Assembly: GCF_006345805.1 (NCBI RefSeq)
Contig: NC_043007.1
Location: 3,410,001 to 3,474,000 of the forward strand
Source: Octopus sinensis
Taxonomy: Eukaryota
Direction: 5' to 3'
DNA: 64,000 bases
Position numbers and translations under genes: made by a program. How positions within the stretch are numbered: the stretch's first letter is position 1; the number at the start of each line of letters is the position of its first letter. Shown here in pieces: positions 40,431 through 53,450 of the stretch. The notes below the pieces were generated by a model. It was given only the letters and a program-made list of their open reading frames with translations, was not told the DNA's origin and made no database searches.

Positions 40431-41604
40431 ATCTCGCCACCTTATGGGATGTATTTACTGAATTGGTAATGAAATTATTTTGGTTTTTTCGTTATGTTAT
40501 AATTATGGACATAACATGTTTTGTTTTATGTTAGATAGTTATTATGTCTAAAAGGTTTCCAAATTTTTAAAAAGAACAACTCTAGCTCATAAAATGGTAT
40601 ATATTAGAACTCGGTTAAATTGAACGAAGTACTTGACTAGGATTTTTTTATCGATTCCTGAAGAAACAGAGAAAAGGAAACATCAGCCAGATTTGCGCGT
40701 ATATAGATATATACACACACATACACACAAGCAACATACACAGACATAAACATACATACACATACACACACATGCACGCACAAACACATATATACACACA
40801 CACACGTTTATATATAAATCTAAAGTAAACAGAAAATGGAGAAATATTGATCAACAACAATTGACTAACATTGATTATTACTTTTTTATACAAATAGACT
40901 TAATCATATCTAACAGCCGTTTCTGCTTCCAGTGTTCCACGGTACTGCCATTGAAAATTCTGAAAATAATACTCATCATATTTGGTAACACATCCGATCT
41001 GGAATATGGAGCTTCATCATAGTGAAGAAAAATACATAAAAGAAAAGAAAAGAAAAGAAGAACCTCAAGAAGAAGGAAGGCTTATATATTTAAATCACAC
41101 CATTTTGCATATGTGACGCTTCAGGACGTTAAGTAAATGACTAAACTTAAAATATAAATTGGTGGGTTAATTTTTCTAAAGAGATAACAGGGTTTATAAA
41201 TAATAAAAAAAATAAAATAAAAACTTTACCATAATGGGATACGCCAGTAGGTCTAGGGAAAGAGGGAATGATAGTGTTATAACGTTTAGAAGTTATAATA
41301 TTTCTTAAGATTATGTTAATAGTACCAAACTTATATTAGAGCTGTTTACTCTAATCAGTGAAATGCCTTAACTATGGCACGAATGGTTTCCAAATACTAA
41401 AGAATATGCGACGGTTCTATATGCAAAGACGTGATTCTCTTTTCTATAAAGTATTGCGTCTGAATGTTTCGACAGCTGGTACTTTAGATGAGTTAATCAT
41501 TGTATTCTAATTGCCTTATATTGGAAATATGTTAATGAAATTTTAGGAGAAATATACCAGATTTATATATGTGTGTGTGCGCGCTTGTGTGTCTGTATAC
41601 ATAC

Positions 41605-41677
<73 letters not shown>

Positions 41678-41738
41678 CATATACACATACATACGCACAG
41701 ACACACACATAAATATATATATATATATATAAACATAA

Positions 41739-41769
<31 letters not shown>

Positions 41770-41782
41770 AACATATATATAT

Positions 41783-41834
<52 letters not shown>

Positions 41835-42994
41835 ATATGCTGACCAACAAGGCTTGTAAATCAGTATTTGGATCTGGTCAGAGAAAATATGACATTCGGT
41901 AAATAGCTCCCAGACTGCGGACACATTGGACATTTATTTATAATTCTAATGTCGCACTACGATCAGTGAGTCTGATTCTATTTAAATACATGAATATTAA
42001 TTAATTACACGATATTCATTTACATGAATATTTAATACACGACACAAGATCAAACTGTAAACTGTTGGACAAATACGCCATTAAAATAATTTGATCAAAG
42101 GCTGTTTTACCAACAGCCATTTTTATTTCTTTTCTTGGTGTATGCGTGTATGTGCGTGTGTGTATGTGAGCGCGTGTATATTTGATTGAATATTATTTCT
42201 GTAAACTTCTATGCTTCCACTCTTTGAAGCTTTCTGCGTTGCATTCTTTTCAATATAATTTGAAAGAACGAGCAAATAATTTCATCGCTTCGGTCATTTA
42301 TTGTAACCTAAAATTATTGTTATATTGATTTGCAGTTTTAAACAAATGTTCTAAAGAACTCAATATCAAAGAAATAGAATAGGTAATGGTTTAAAGAATT
42401 TTCTTTATACACTCCGTTGCCAATAAAACATCTGGGTTTGCTTATTTTGCCTCTTTCACCAATTCTAAATGAAATATTTCTGGAATAAATATCAAGGGAA
42501 TAAATAACGAGGGAAAAGCGCGTAAGGCAGCCATTTTTAAGAATTTATGATTTCAATAAAAAGTCTTTTATTTTGATATATTTCTACACAAAGTTTACAT
42601 TTTAATAACCAATATTCGAAACACCCAAAGTCAAGCTTCAATCTTGTAGCAATAATTCACGAATAATAAACGTGTGTTTACTTATATTTCCTGATTAGTT
42701 ATACATTTAATTAGGTGGTACAACCAAAGTAGAGGCCTGTGATCATTTTCATTTTCGTTCAAGTTTTTCAATCATGGCTCGGATAGTACCTGAAGGGGTT
42801 TAGTTCGTCAGTTCGATCCCGGCTTTTACTCTGCATCAAGTAATCGCTAGGTTATGGCGCTATGAACAGCTATTCATCGGTTGTCAAGAGAGAAACACAA
42901 AGAGAGACAGAGGTACAGACTAAGATACACATACACACACACACACACACACACTCACACATACACACACCCATAAATATATTTTCTTTTATTT

Positions 42995-43246
42995 GTTATT
43001 CTTTTACTTGTTTCAATCATTTCACTGCAGCCATACTGGAGCATCGCCTTTAGTCAAACAAATTGACCCCAGGACTTATTCTTTGTAAGCCTAGTACTAA
43101 TTCTATTGTTCCCTTTTGCCGAGCCGCTAAGTTACGGGGACGTCGACACACCAGCATTGGTTGTCAAGCAATGGTGCTGGGACAAGCACAGACAAACATA
43201 TACACATTTACACACACACACACACACCACACACACACACACACAC

Positions 43247-43321
<75 letters not shown>

Positions 43322-43482
43322 GACGCGCTACTTTCAGTTTCCGTCTACCAAATCCACTCACAAGTCTTTGGTTGACCCGAGGCTATAATAGAAGACACTT
43401 GCTCAAGGTGCAACGCAGCGGGACTGAACCCGAAACCATGTGGCTGGTAAGCTAGCTACTTACCACGCAGCCACTCCTGCGC
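42995..43482 (-). mobile_element. SINE family B, full length
   Basis: Family match. Confidence 0.9.
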
Positions 43483-43500
43483 GAGTCCTATATATATATA

Positions 43501-43875
43501 GGAGCAGGCGTGGAAGTGTGCTAAGGTATTTGCTTTGTAACCACATGGTACCAGTGTTATTCCCACTGCGTGATAGTTTGGACAATTAACTTCTATTACA
43601 GCCGACTGAAGCGAGTGAATTTGGTTGGGGGAAACTGAAAGAACCTCGCCATATGTGTGTGGGGGTGTGTGTATTTGTTCTTGTCCTCCCCCACCACCAA
43701 CACCGCTTGGCAACCAGTGTTGGTTTGTTTACGTTGCGGTTTGGCAAAAAAAGGAAATGTGAATGGATATCACGTTTAAAAGAAAAATAAGAGCTGGGGT
43801 CAATTTATTCGACTAATCCCATCGAGGCGTTGCCCCAGCATGGCCGCTACCTAATGACTGAAACAAGTAAAAGAA
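43501..43875 (+). mobile_element. Diverged SINE B, head-to-head with the previous copy
   Basis: Family match with many substitutions. Confidence 0.78.
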
Positions 43876-44327
43876 TATATACGTATGTATACACATACAC
43901 ATAGGACGGAGTTTTTACGCGGTTTGCGTCAGCCAAATTCATGCAGACGGACTGATCTGCCCTGGGAATATAGCAGAATGCACTTGCCCGGCCAACTTTT
44001 CACTGGGACTTGAACTCTAAAACCTGTGATTGCAAAGTGAAATTCTGAACCACACGACACGTGGACCTATTTAATTTAAAGTCAAAGTTTTAATGAATTT
44101 AGAAAAGTAAGCAGGAATATTCCGGTTCAAGACTCTGAAGACCTGAGTCGTCGGACAATTCCATTAAATTCTTTGATACTTCGTTCTCTTTTTCTTTTAT
44201 TTTATTTTCTTGTTTTTGTGGTTCATACTTGATCCAAGACACTACAATTTTTCTACGCATTTTCCCCCTTCTATCAAAAATACTCACAAGATTTTGATTG
44301 GTCTGAAGCTATAGTGAGAAACTATAA

Positions 44328-44558
44328 GGAGGTGAGCTGGCAGAAACGTTAGCACGCCGGGCGAAATGCGTAGCCGTATTTCGTCTGGCATTACGTTCTG
44401 AGTTCAAATTCCGCCGAAGTAGACTTTACCTTTCATCCTTTCGGGGTCGATAAATAAAGTACCAGTTTCGCACTGGGGTCGATGTAATCGACTTAATCCG
44501 TTTGTCTGTCCTTGTTTGTCCCCTCTGTGTTTAGCCCCTTGTGGGTAGTAAAGAAATA
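44328..44558 (+). mobile_element. SINE family C, full-length monomer with the young tail
   Basis: GGAGGTGAGCTGGCAGAAACGTTAGCACGCCGGGCG...TTAGCCCCTTGTGGGTAGTAAAGAAATA. Confidence 0.92.
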
Positions 44559-44853
44559 ACACTCGTCCAAGGACTGAACACGGAAGTTCGTGGGTGGGAA
44601 CTGAACTCGTTACCACACAGCCACGCTACAACTTATGTCTTTGCCTTTTTGCGTTGTAATTCTTCACTCGAGAATAAAACATATTACTCTTTGACAGTCC
44701 ATTATGGTTTATCTTTATAATTTGGCCGAAAATGTCATATTTTAATGTATTGGTTTCGAAAACTTGATAAAATATTCGTATACTTTGGTCAGAAAATAAA
44801 ACTTTTCTTTTTATTTGTAAAGTGATTTCTATGCGATGATGAGAACCGCATTA

Positions 44854-44942
44854 ACAACGCCGACGACGACGGTGATGATGATGATGATGGTGATGGTGGT
44901 GACGATGATGAGGATGATGATGATGATAATGATGATGATGAC

Positions 44943-44974
<32 letters not shown>

Positions 44975-44990
44975 TGATGGTGACGATGAC

Positions 44991-45027
<37 letters not shown>

Positions 45028-45172
45028 TTGATGATGATGATGACGATGACAATGATGACGATGATGATGATGATGGTGGTGGTGGTGTTAGTGATCATGT
45101 TGATGATGATGACGACGATAATGACGACGACAGTGATGATGATGAGGATGATGACAATGATGATGATGATAG
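44854..45172. repeat. (GAT/GAC/GGT)n microsatellite
   Basis: Direct reading. Confidence 0.95.
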
Positions 45173-45829
45173 CTTTAAAAAAAATATCAAATTATTATCT
45201 GTTAAGCTAAAGCAACGTGACACATGTGATGGTAGTGTTTTTTTTTCTTTTTCTTTTCATTTTGGCTACATCCGTCAACACCTAATACAATATTAATGCT
45301 ACACGGCTTTAAAGATTATGGTTGGCAATAATTTCCATTTAAATTCGTTGTGTTTTTTTTATTGGGATACACGGCGAAATCTTATCTTTTGTTATTCTAA
45401 TTTATTGAGTAAAGGTAATAATAGATGTGGAAGAAAATATAAGAAAACTGATGAGAATGAGAATAAAGGAATGCGAAGCGAATGCAAAATATATGTATTA
45501 GCAGCCTCCATATTGAAACCTTTGCTTTTTCAGTTATACATGATATACAGCAATAAAATTATTTCAACGAATGCATCTATAATGAAGGATAAATGATATA
45601 AAATATAATATTCGATTTGCGAAAGATTTCGAGTTGTTTGCAATGAGGAGTTTTTATTGCAAACAACATAAATCTTTGGTGGAGACATTGGGATGCAATT
45701 TGAGATTAGCATATGCAGCTGATGCAATAAAGGGAGGGAACTGAGTAAAGTAATGGAATAGAATTATCAGAAGAAGAATATGTGGGCGGCGGTTTAGATA
45801 TACAAGCACACGTACGTATGCACACATGG

Positions 45830-46022
45830 ATATATACGTACGTACGTACATACATACATACATACATACATACATACATACATACATACATACATACATA
45901 CATACATACATACACGCATACATACATGCATACATACATACATACATGCATACATACATACATACATACATGCATATATACATACATACATGCATACATA
46001 CATACGTACGTACATACATGCA

Positions 46023-46054
<32 letters not shown>

Positions 46055-46840
46055 CATACATACATACATAATACATACATACATGCATGCTTGCATGCAT
46101 ACATACATACATACATACATACATGCATATATACATATACACACAGGATATATACATACATACATACATACATACATACATGCATGCATACATACATAAA
46201 TACATACATACATGCATGCATGCATACGTACATACATACATGCATGCATGCATACATACATACATACATACATACATGCATGCTTGCATGCATACATACA
46301 TACATACATACATACATTACATGCATACATACATACATGCATATGCACACAGGATATATACGTACGTACATACATACATACATACATACATACTACATAC
46401 ATACATACGTACATACAAATATACGTACGTTCATGCATGCATACATATACCTGTAAATATTGGGGTCCTGGGATATGGAACACACTGCCTAAATACCAAT
46501 CTTGAGAAATTAGGATTCTCAAAACTAGAAAGGAGAAAGCTAATTTAAAGACCGCACATCCAACCAATTACTGGAACTGTAAAAATCTGTAAAACTTTCC
46601 AGAAGTTTATCATTTGAATATTTATGAGCATATCTAGATATGCAACTATATGCATGAGAAGACATGCACATACACACATACATACATGTATACATATATA
46701 CATACATACATACACACATACATACATACATGCATGCATGCATGCATACATACATACATACATACATACATACATACATACATACATACATACATACATA
46801 CATACATACATACATAATACATACATACATACACACAAAT
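45830..46840. repeat. Degenerate (ATAC)n/(ATGC)n satellite in two blocks
   Basis: Direct reading. A unique spacer lies at ~46450-46640. Confidence 0.93.
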
Positions 46841-48183
46841 GGTTCTCGCACGAACTGTCTTCAGAGAATCTGCAACAGTGTGTTGTTTGTTGTCAGTCTT
46901 AGCTTTCACCTTAAGGAACCATTTTTATGAAGGCTTCTTACAGGTGATGAGAAGTAGATCTTTGGATCTTTTCCTTTGCTAGACAGAATTCAACACAATT
47001 TCTAGTTAACTAAACAATTTGAAACTTCGTATACTTGTAGAATGTGTCAAAAGAAAACATTATTTTCACTTAGCTTTTTTGATAAATTTGTAATTCGTTT
47101 GTTTAACGTAGTTTAATTTTTCGAATTTTAACCAATCGTATGCTCTCTTTTGAGCTGAAATCATTTGCTGCGTTATCGATATTGATAAACAAACGAGGAG
47201 GGTCGTGTTGGCATAACCCTCCTTGTTGCTAATAAAAGAGCTGGTGAGTTTTTAGTGCTTAACAGTCAATACTCTTTTCCCTGTTGGATTCCTGGTCAAT
47301 TTCTTCCCACACTCATGTCTGGTTTAATCATTTTCAATTTTCAAAAGATGATGTCTAAAATGAGGTAAAATGAGGTATGATTAATTTCAATAATTATTCT
47401 CTTTAACTGCATGGTTCTTAAATAGATCTAAAAGAGAGCCACTCCAGCAGATCCTGAAGAAGCTACAGAGAATATTTTATGTTGAGTTTTTCGATTTAGT
47501 TGAGTTTCGTTAATTTCATATCATGTGCAATTTTTCCATGATCGTCTTTCATTTGACCGAGATATTTAAAAATGTTGTTGCATTTCTCATTTAGAGATGT
47601 ATATTGATGCGTATGAATCTATTTTCTAGAGAACGGAATCGGCAAATTTACATTATCTTGGCTGACTCATTTTGCCCTAACTAAATTTGTTTTTTATATG
47701 CTCAAAGAGAAGGGATGCTTTTAATGCATTTAAAGGTCATTTTCTTAGGTGAAGGTCATTTTCTTAGTTTTTGTAAGGTAGTGAAGACTGGTATAAAGAT
47801 ATGATTATTCTCAAAATCAAAAATACAGTAAACCTTCCCGTTGTGTCCCACCCCAACCTCTACTGGTTTATTACTTCACATTTTATATAATCGAATGCAT
47901 AGCAAACAGCAAACCTTTTGCCGCGTGATTGGTCTGTTAATTCTAAGGTAATTCAGGTGCTAGAAAATAATCACAGTTTGTTCTCTAAGTGATGTCTTTT
48001 CTTATGGGTCCATCCACTTAATGTAACTAATTATGAAGTTAAGCAATAATTTCGGGAACGAGTGGGATCTTTTTTAACTAGGTTATGTGCTTTTATTCGC
48101 CTGTCTTTGAAATCCATTGGACTCGATAAAAGAAACTCCACTGGATATAAATAATCACTTTGATTTATGTCAATGCAAGAACC

Positions 48184-48243
<60 letters not shown>

Positions 48244-48475
48244 CTCTGACCCTTTTTGACCAGGCTTCCGTGGCTTTTATGGGTTTTTCCACGAGTAACT
48301 TTTCGAAACGCCTCCCCCTATTGGGAGTTTTATTTGTTATATTTTTCGTTGTTATTTTGAATGTTTACACGGACCTTTCTTTCGGACAAAACCCTTTGTA
48401 ATTTTCGCCCTGTATTTGTCCTTATATGTTTCTTTGATTTTTGTTAGCCCTTGTGGCCAATAAACCAGAATTAAC
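48244..48475 (+). mobile_element. ~230-bp element flanked by (TTA)n on both sides, probably a retroelement 3' end
   Basis: Ends TTAGCCCTTGTGGCCAATAAA, like the young SINE C tail. Confidence 0.5.
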
Positions 48476-48591
48476 TATTATTATTATTATTATTATTATT
48501 CAGTAGTTTTATTTTTATAGCGTGTGTTCACTTCACTACCGAGCGCAGCTCTGTGTGCCTTGGGTATGTGCTGTGATTTGTTGTGATGCTC
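48476..48591 (-). mobile_element. Probable 3' end of a Dong/R4-type LINE with a (TAA)n tail
   Basis: Minus strand ...GCTGCGCTCGGTAGTGAAGTGAACACACGCTATAAAAATAAAACTACTG(AAT)n. Assignment rests on recalled family features, not an alignment. Confidence 0.45.
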
Positions 48592-48947
48592 AATTCTTTG
48601 ATCGGTGTTGAAAATCAAAGAACGGTTAATTGAAGTGTAATTTTGATGTTTGTTTCGGAACAGAAGCGACAAATGACACTTGGACCAGAATTAGTTCCAT
48701 CAAGAAGTTTCTTGGAAGTCCACTGAAAAAGTTGTTTGCCACGAAGTATGTTTTTGTAATTTTGGTTTTTCGGTTTCGGTTAATCATACTTTACGCATAA
48801 CAATAGATATGTGTAAATGGATACGTTACTGGTCTTTGGCATCTCTCTAAATACACATCTTTGGGAATTAAGAGACCGATATGTATTTATATATCTCGGC
48901 ATATTCTTCAGCGTTATTGAGAATAACAATTTGTAATCTTCTCCTAT
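48592..48947. repeat. Left arm of a 356-bp inverted duplication
   Basis: Reverse complement of 50384-50739 with about 7 substitutions counted by eye. Confidence 0.95.
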
Positions 48948-49032
48948 TATTATTATTATTATTATTATTATTATCATTATTATTATTATCATCATCATCA
49001 ACATTATTATTATTATTATCATCATCATCAAC

Positions 49033-49063
<31 letters not shown>

Positions 49064-49625
49064 TATTATTATTATTATTATCATCATCATTATTATTATT
49101 ATTATCATTATTATTATTATTATCATCATCATCATCATCGTCATAGCATAATAATCACGGTTGCCGATGCATTGAGATACGTTCTGCATTGGCGAATCTC
49201 TCACCAACGTCGCCAGATGAAAGGCCAACGCAAACTCAGTGAAATTTACGACTAATACTTAATATACTGGGTTTGCTGTAGGTAAGCGTATAATTCGGAC
49301 TTTTATTTGCCCTACAAAGGACCGATCCAGTGTACAATTCATTCATTGGAATTCTCGGTATTCAAAACAATACAGCATTTCCAAAATGCAATCCAAATGT
49401 ATAAATGCGAACCACTTCTATGTATGTTCTCCTTGCATTCAGAAACTGCAGGGCGATCAATCAGAAAATCCTGTTTATAATTTATTCGCCAAATCACAGG
49501 AAAGGTTTTTAGGTTTTATGACATTTATTTTAAGAAATCTCCGCCATACCTTAATATCTATCGAGAAAGATGTAGAATGAAATTTGAAATTTGAATAATT
49601 ATTTCGGTATAATTTCCTCCCCCCC

Positions 49626-49656
<31 letters not shown>

Positions 49657-49780
49657 GCTCTCTACTCTCCTTTCTCTTATCATTTCTTTGTCTTTCCCGC
49701 TCTGAAATAGAGAAATAAAGTGAGATACACAAAGATATGTTTCCATAAAGAGACAAATCGCAAAAGATAAAAGCGAGCGA

Positions 49781-49840
49781 TAGTAAGGAAGGCAATGCGG
49801 GACATAAAACTAGTAAGGAAGGCAATGCGGGACATAAAAC
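49781..49840. repeat. Perfect 30-bp tandem duplication
   Basis: TAGTAAGGAAGGCAATGCGGGACATAAAAC x2. Confidence 0.97.
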
Positions 49841-50383
49841 TCCGTGTTGTTCCTCTTTCAATTTCCGAGAATTTCCTTTCTTTCTTGCCTCTCTCAGTCA
49901 CTTTTTTCTGGCTCTCTTCTTCTATCTCCCCTTCTCTCTTTCTCTCTCTCTCTCTCTTCCTCTCTCTCTCTCTCTCTCTATCTCTATCTCTCAATTTCTG
50001 GTATAGTGGAATGAAGAGAGAGAATGAGACTCACACTACGAGCGGTAGTTATAGATACGGAGAGAAACAGAAGGGTTATGAGGCCATGATTGTGAATGTG
50101 GTCGTATATTTGTGTGATGTATAACGCTTTCTTTTTTCCAACTTCAATCTCTCCTATTCTTTCTATCATTCTCTCAGCGTGTCTCTTTGATATAATGCAA
50201 TGAAGGGGAACAGAAAGACACACAGATCAACAGGCATATATAAATACATAAATGGGGTGGGGCATGTTCGATAATGATGGGAACGGTTTGAAAATTCGCA
50301 TGAAAACAGACAATAATGAATGCCTGACGCGGTATTGTTTGCATGTAATGACTACGTTTTTCCTTTTATCTGAATTGGACAGC

Positions 50384-50739
50384 ATAGGAGAAGATTACAA
50401 ATTGTTATTCTCAATAACGCTGAAGAATATGCCGAGATATATAAATACATATCGGTCTCTTAATTCCCAAAGATGTGTATTTAGAGAGATGCCAAAGACC
50501 AGTAATGCATCCATTTACACATATCTATTGTTATGCGTAAAGTATGATTAACCGAAACCGAAAAACCAAAATTACAAAAACATACTTCGTGGCAAACAAC
50601 TTTTTCAGTGGACTTCCAAGAAAATTCTTGATTGAACTAATTCTGGTCCAAGTGTCACTTGTCGCTTCTTTTCCGAAACAAACATCAAAATTACACTTCA
50701 ATTAACCGTTCTTTGATTTTCAACACCGATCAAAAAATT
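50384..50739. repeat. Right arm of the 356-bp inverted duplication
   Basis: As above. Confidence 0.95.
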
Positions 50740-50992
50740 TTGCCTCAATTCATGACAATATATAAAAGAATAATTTTCGGATCAAATAATTCATAAACTT
50801 CTTTTTAGAATAAATTACATAAGAGTCTGTTTACAGATATTGGCAGAAATACACTGAAAGGTTTTAGAATATTAGTTGTTGTTACTTACATTCGTATACT
50901 AAACTTTACATGCGTGTGAGCTTGTGTACGTGTGTGCGTAGGCTAAGCATCTAAATATATCATATATACACATTCATATACATATATAAATA

Positions 50993-51045
50993 CAGGGGGT
51001 GGACAAAGTAATGGAAACACCTTAAAATTTCAAGCAAATATATTT
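50993..51045 (+). mobile_element. Tc1-like terminal remnant
   Basis: TA|CAGGGGGTGGACAAAGTAATGGAAACACC. No partner TIR was found. Confidence 0.45.
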
Positions 51046-52109
51046 AGGCAAAGTTTTGCGTGTGTCGAGAGCGATGTGACACAACATAGGCCTTTTTATT
51101 TACCAAGGGCAATTTGTGAATGAAAATAACACCGGATGCTTAAAGTATAATAGTTTTTACGGGTTTCACAACAACTTCAGGAGAAAGCGAATACAATAAT
51201 GTCTACAAGCCGTAGGCCAGTGTATTGCTATTTCGGTAGCCTATAGCTTTGGTTAGCTGTAATGTTCTTTATATAATATAATATATATATATATATATAT
51301 ATATTGGCGTGTGTGTGTATGTGTGTGTACATCTAAATAATCGGTATTAACTTATTATTGGAAGCGGACATTCTTTCTTCTCTAACATGACTTTTGCTTC
51401 TGATGCGTAAGAAATTTTATGATGTTATATTTCTTGTAAAGAATTTCTTTTCTCTTTTTTTTTTTTAATCACAATGTTAGCTATCAATGCAGACATTCGT
51501 CGATTATTATATTATTTTCATAACATAGATAACGCTGAAATAACTAAGTTAATTTCGTTAATGGAAAAATTGTGCCGGGAAACCGTGAAACCACAATGAT
51601 AATACAAAACCGCCAATCTTTCGATCGACACATCGAAATAAAACGTTTTCGTTCGGTTTTTATTTTCTGTTTTTAATTGAATACAATCTGTATACAACGA
51701 ACAAGTCTTACTACTTGTTCTTTAAGAAAACAATATTTCTCGTATATCGGTATAATTATGGTTCAAAAATGACTTCAGTTGGAAAATTCTTTATTAAAAT
51801 TTTACTGCGAATGAGTTTGAAGCAGCATTATTTTCTACAAGTTGAAAAAAGTGATTCAAATTTATTACTGTTATAGATCTCGAAACTGCGAGAATATAAT
51901 GCAAAAAAAAATTATCTGATGAAATATAACACCGGTGTAGGTTAAAACATCTGTGAATGAACTTTTGCTCAATAAAATTGATCAGTAATAGTCTTTATAT
52001 TGATTCTTGATTCTTTAATAATGGCTAAGGGCCATTCATAAGTACCAGCACTTGACTATTATTTTATTTTATTGACAAGGCGAAGTTGTTATCAACGAGA
52101 TTTAATATT

Positions 52110-52241
52110 CCTTTCTACTCTAGGCACAAGGCTCGAAATGTTGGGGGAAGGGGGCCAGTCGATTAGATCGACACCAGTACGCAACTGGGACTTAATTTAT
52201 CGACCCTAAAAGGATGAAAGGCAAAGTCGACCTCGGCGGAA
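52110..52241 (-). mobile_element. 5'-truncated SINE C (old tail) with a 16-bp TSD
   Basis: AACGAGATTTAATATT at 52094-52109 and 52242-52257. Confidence 0.88.
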
Positions 52242-52450
52242 AACGAGATTTAATATTATAAATAAATAAGTCATAGAATGAAAGGATTTTTCCCCGCTCC
52301 CACAATCCTATCAGTTTTTTTTTTTAAATTCAGTCAGCATCAATTCATTTCGATAGGATTCGAAACTTGGACCTCCATTTTACTACACAAACTCGCCAGT
52401 CAACTGATATATAGGTAAATACGTTACGCTGGAGATTACAACATAAATGG

Positions 52451-52654
52451 ATATTCGTTTCTACTCTAAGCATAAGGCCCCAATTCCTTTTCTTTTGTGG
52501 GGGAAGGGGGTCAATTGATTAGATCGACTCCAGTACGCAACTGGTACTTAATTTATCAACCCCAAAAGGATGAAAGGCAAAGTCGACCTCGGCAGAATTT
52601 GAACTCAGACAGACGAAATACTGCTAAGCATGCTAACGTTTCTGCCAGCTCGCC
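52451..52654 (-). mobile_element. SINE family C, old-tail subtype
   Basis: Family match. Confidence 0.85.
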
Positions 52655-52775
52655 GTCTTAACATAAACGGAAATTACCTCAATAGTGATTATACTAATCT
52701 GTCGACCTTGCTTATATTCTGTTCTGAACGTTTACATAGGACCTTATAAAAGTGATATATATATATATATATATA

Positions 52776-52931
52776 GGCGCAGGAGTGGCTGTGTGGTAAG
52801 TAGCTTGTCTACCAACCACATGGTTCCGGGTTCAGTCCCACTGCGTGGCACCTTAGGCAAGTGTCTTCTACTATAGCCTCGGGCCGACCAAAGTGGATTT
52901 GGTAGACGGAAACTGAAAGAAGCCCGTCGTA

Positions 52932-52991
<60 letters not shown>

Positions 52992-53210
52992 TGTGTGTTT
53001 GTGTGTCTGTTTGTCCCCTAGCATTGCTTGACAACCGATGCTGGTGTGTTTATGTCCCCGTTACTTAGCGGTTCGGCAAAAGAGATCGATAGAATAAGTA
53101 CTGGCTTACAAAAGAATAAGTCCCGGGGTCGAGTTGCTCGATTAAAGGCGGTGCTCCAGTATGGCCGCAGTCAAATGACTGAAACAAGTAAAAGAGTAAA
53201 AGAGTAAAGA

Positions 53211-53211
<1 letters not shown>
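52776..53211 (+). mobile_element. SINE family B, full length
   Basis: Family match. Confidence 0.92.
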
Positions 53212-53242
<31 letters not shown>

Positions 53243-53245
<3 letters not shown>

Positions 53246-53450
53246 GGTTGTCTACTCCTTATGCAGAGTCTGACCACCTCTTGACTTACACCTTAGATCC
53301 ATCATGGCGTCTGATGTGGCTTTTGAAACCAGACGATGTTTTGAAAAGACACCCACATAGACTGCATATCTGATTTGGACCACCAAGAACTGTAGATAAG
53401 TTCTGATCTTTGTGGATCTTAAAATGTCTTTTGAGGCCTCCATTAGATTT
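53243..53450 (-). pseudogene. Retroelement-like 3' end encoding C2H2 zinc finger(s)
   Basis: KSNGGLKRHFKIH (53412-53450), linker, CSLCGCLFKTSSGFKSHIRRH (53304-53366; CX2CX12HX3H), stop, a short UTR, then (AT)n. Confidence 0.7.

Noticed and set aside
50415-50460. Hammerhead in the 356-bp arms (CTGAAGA-ATATG...CATAT-CG)
   Set aside because: There is no GAAA after the stem and no stem I
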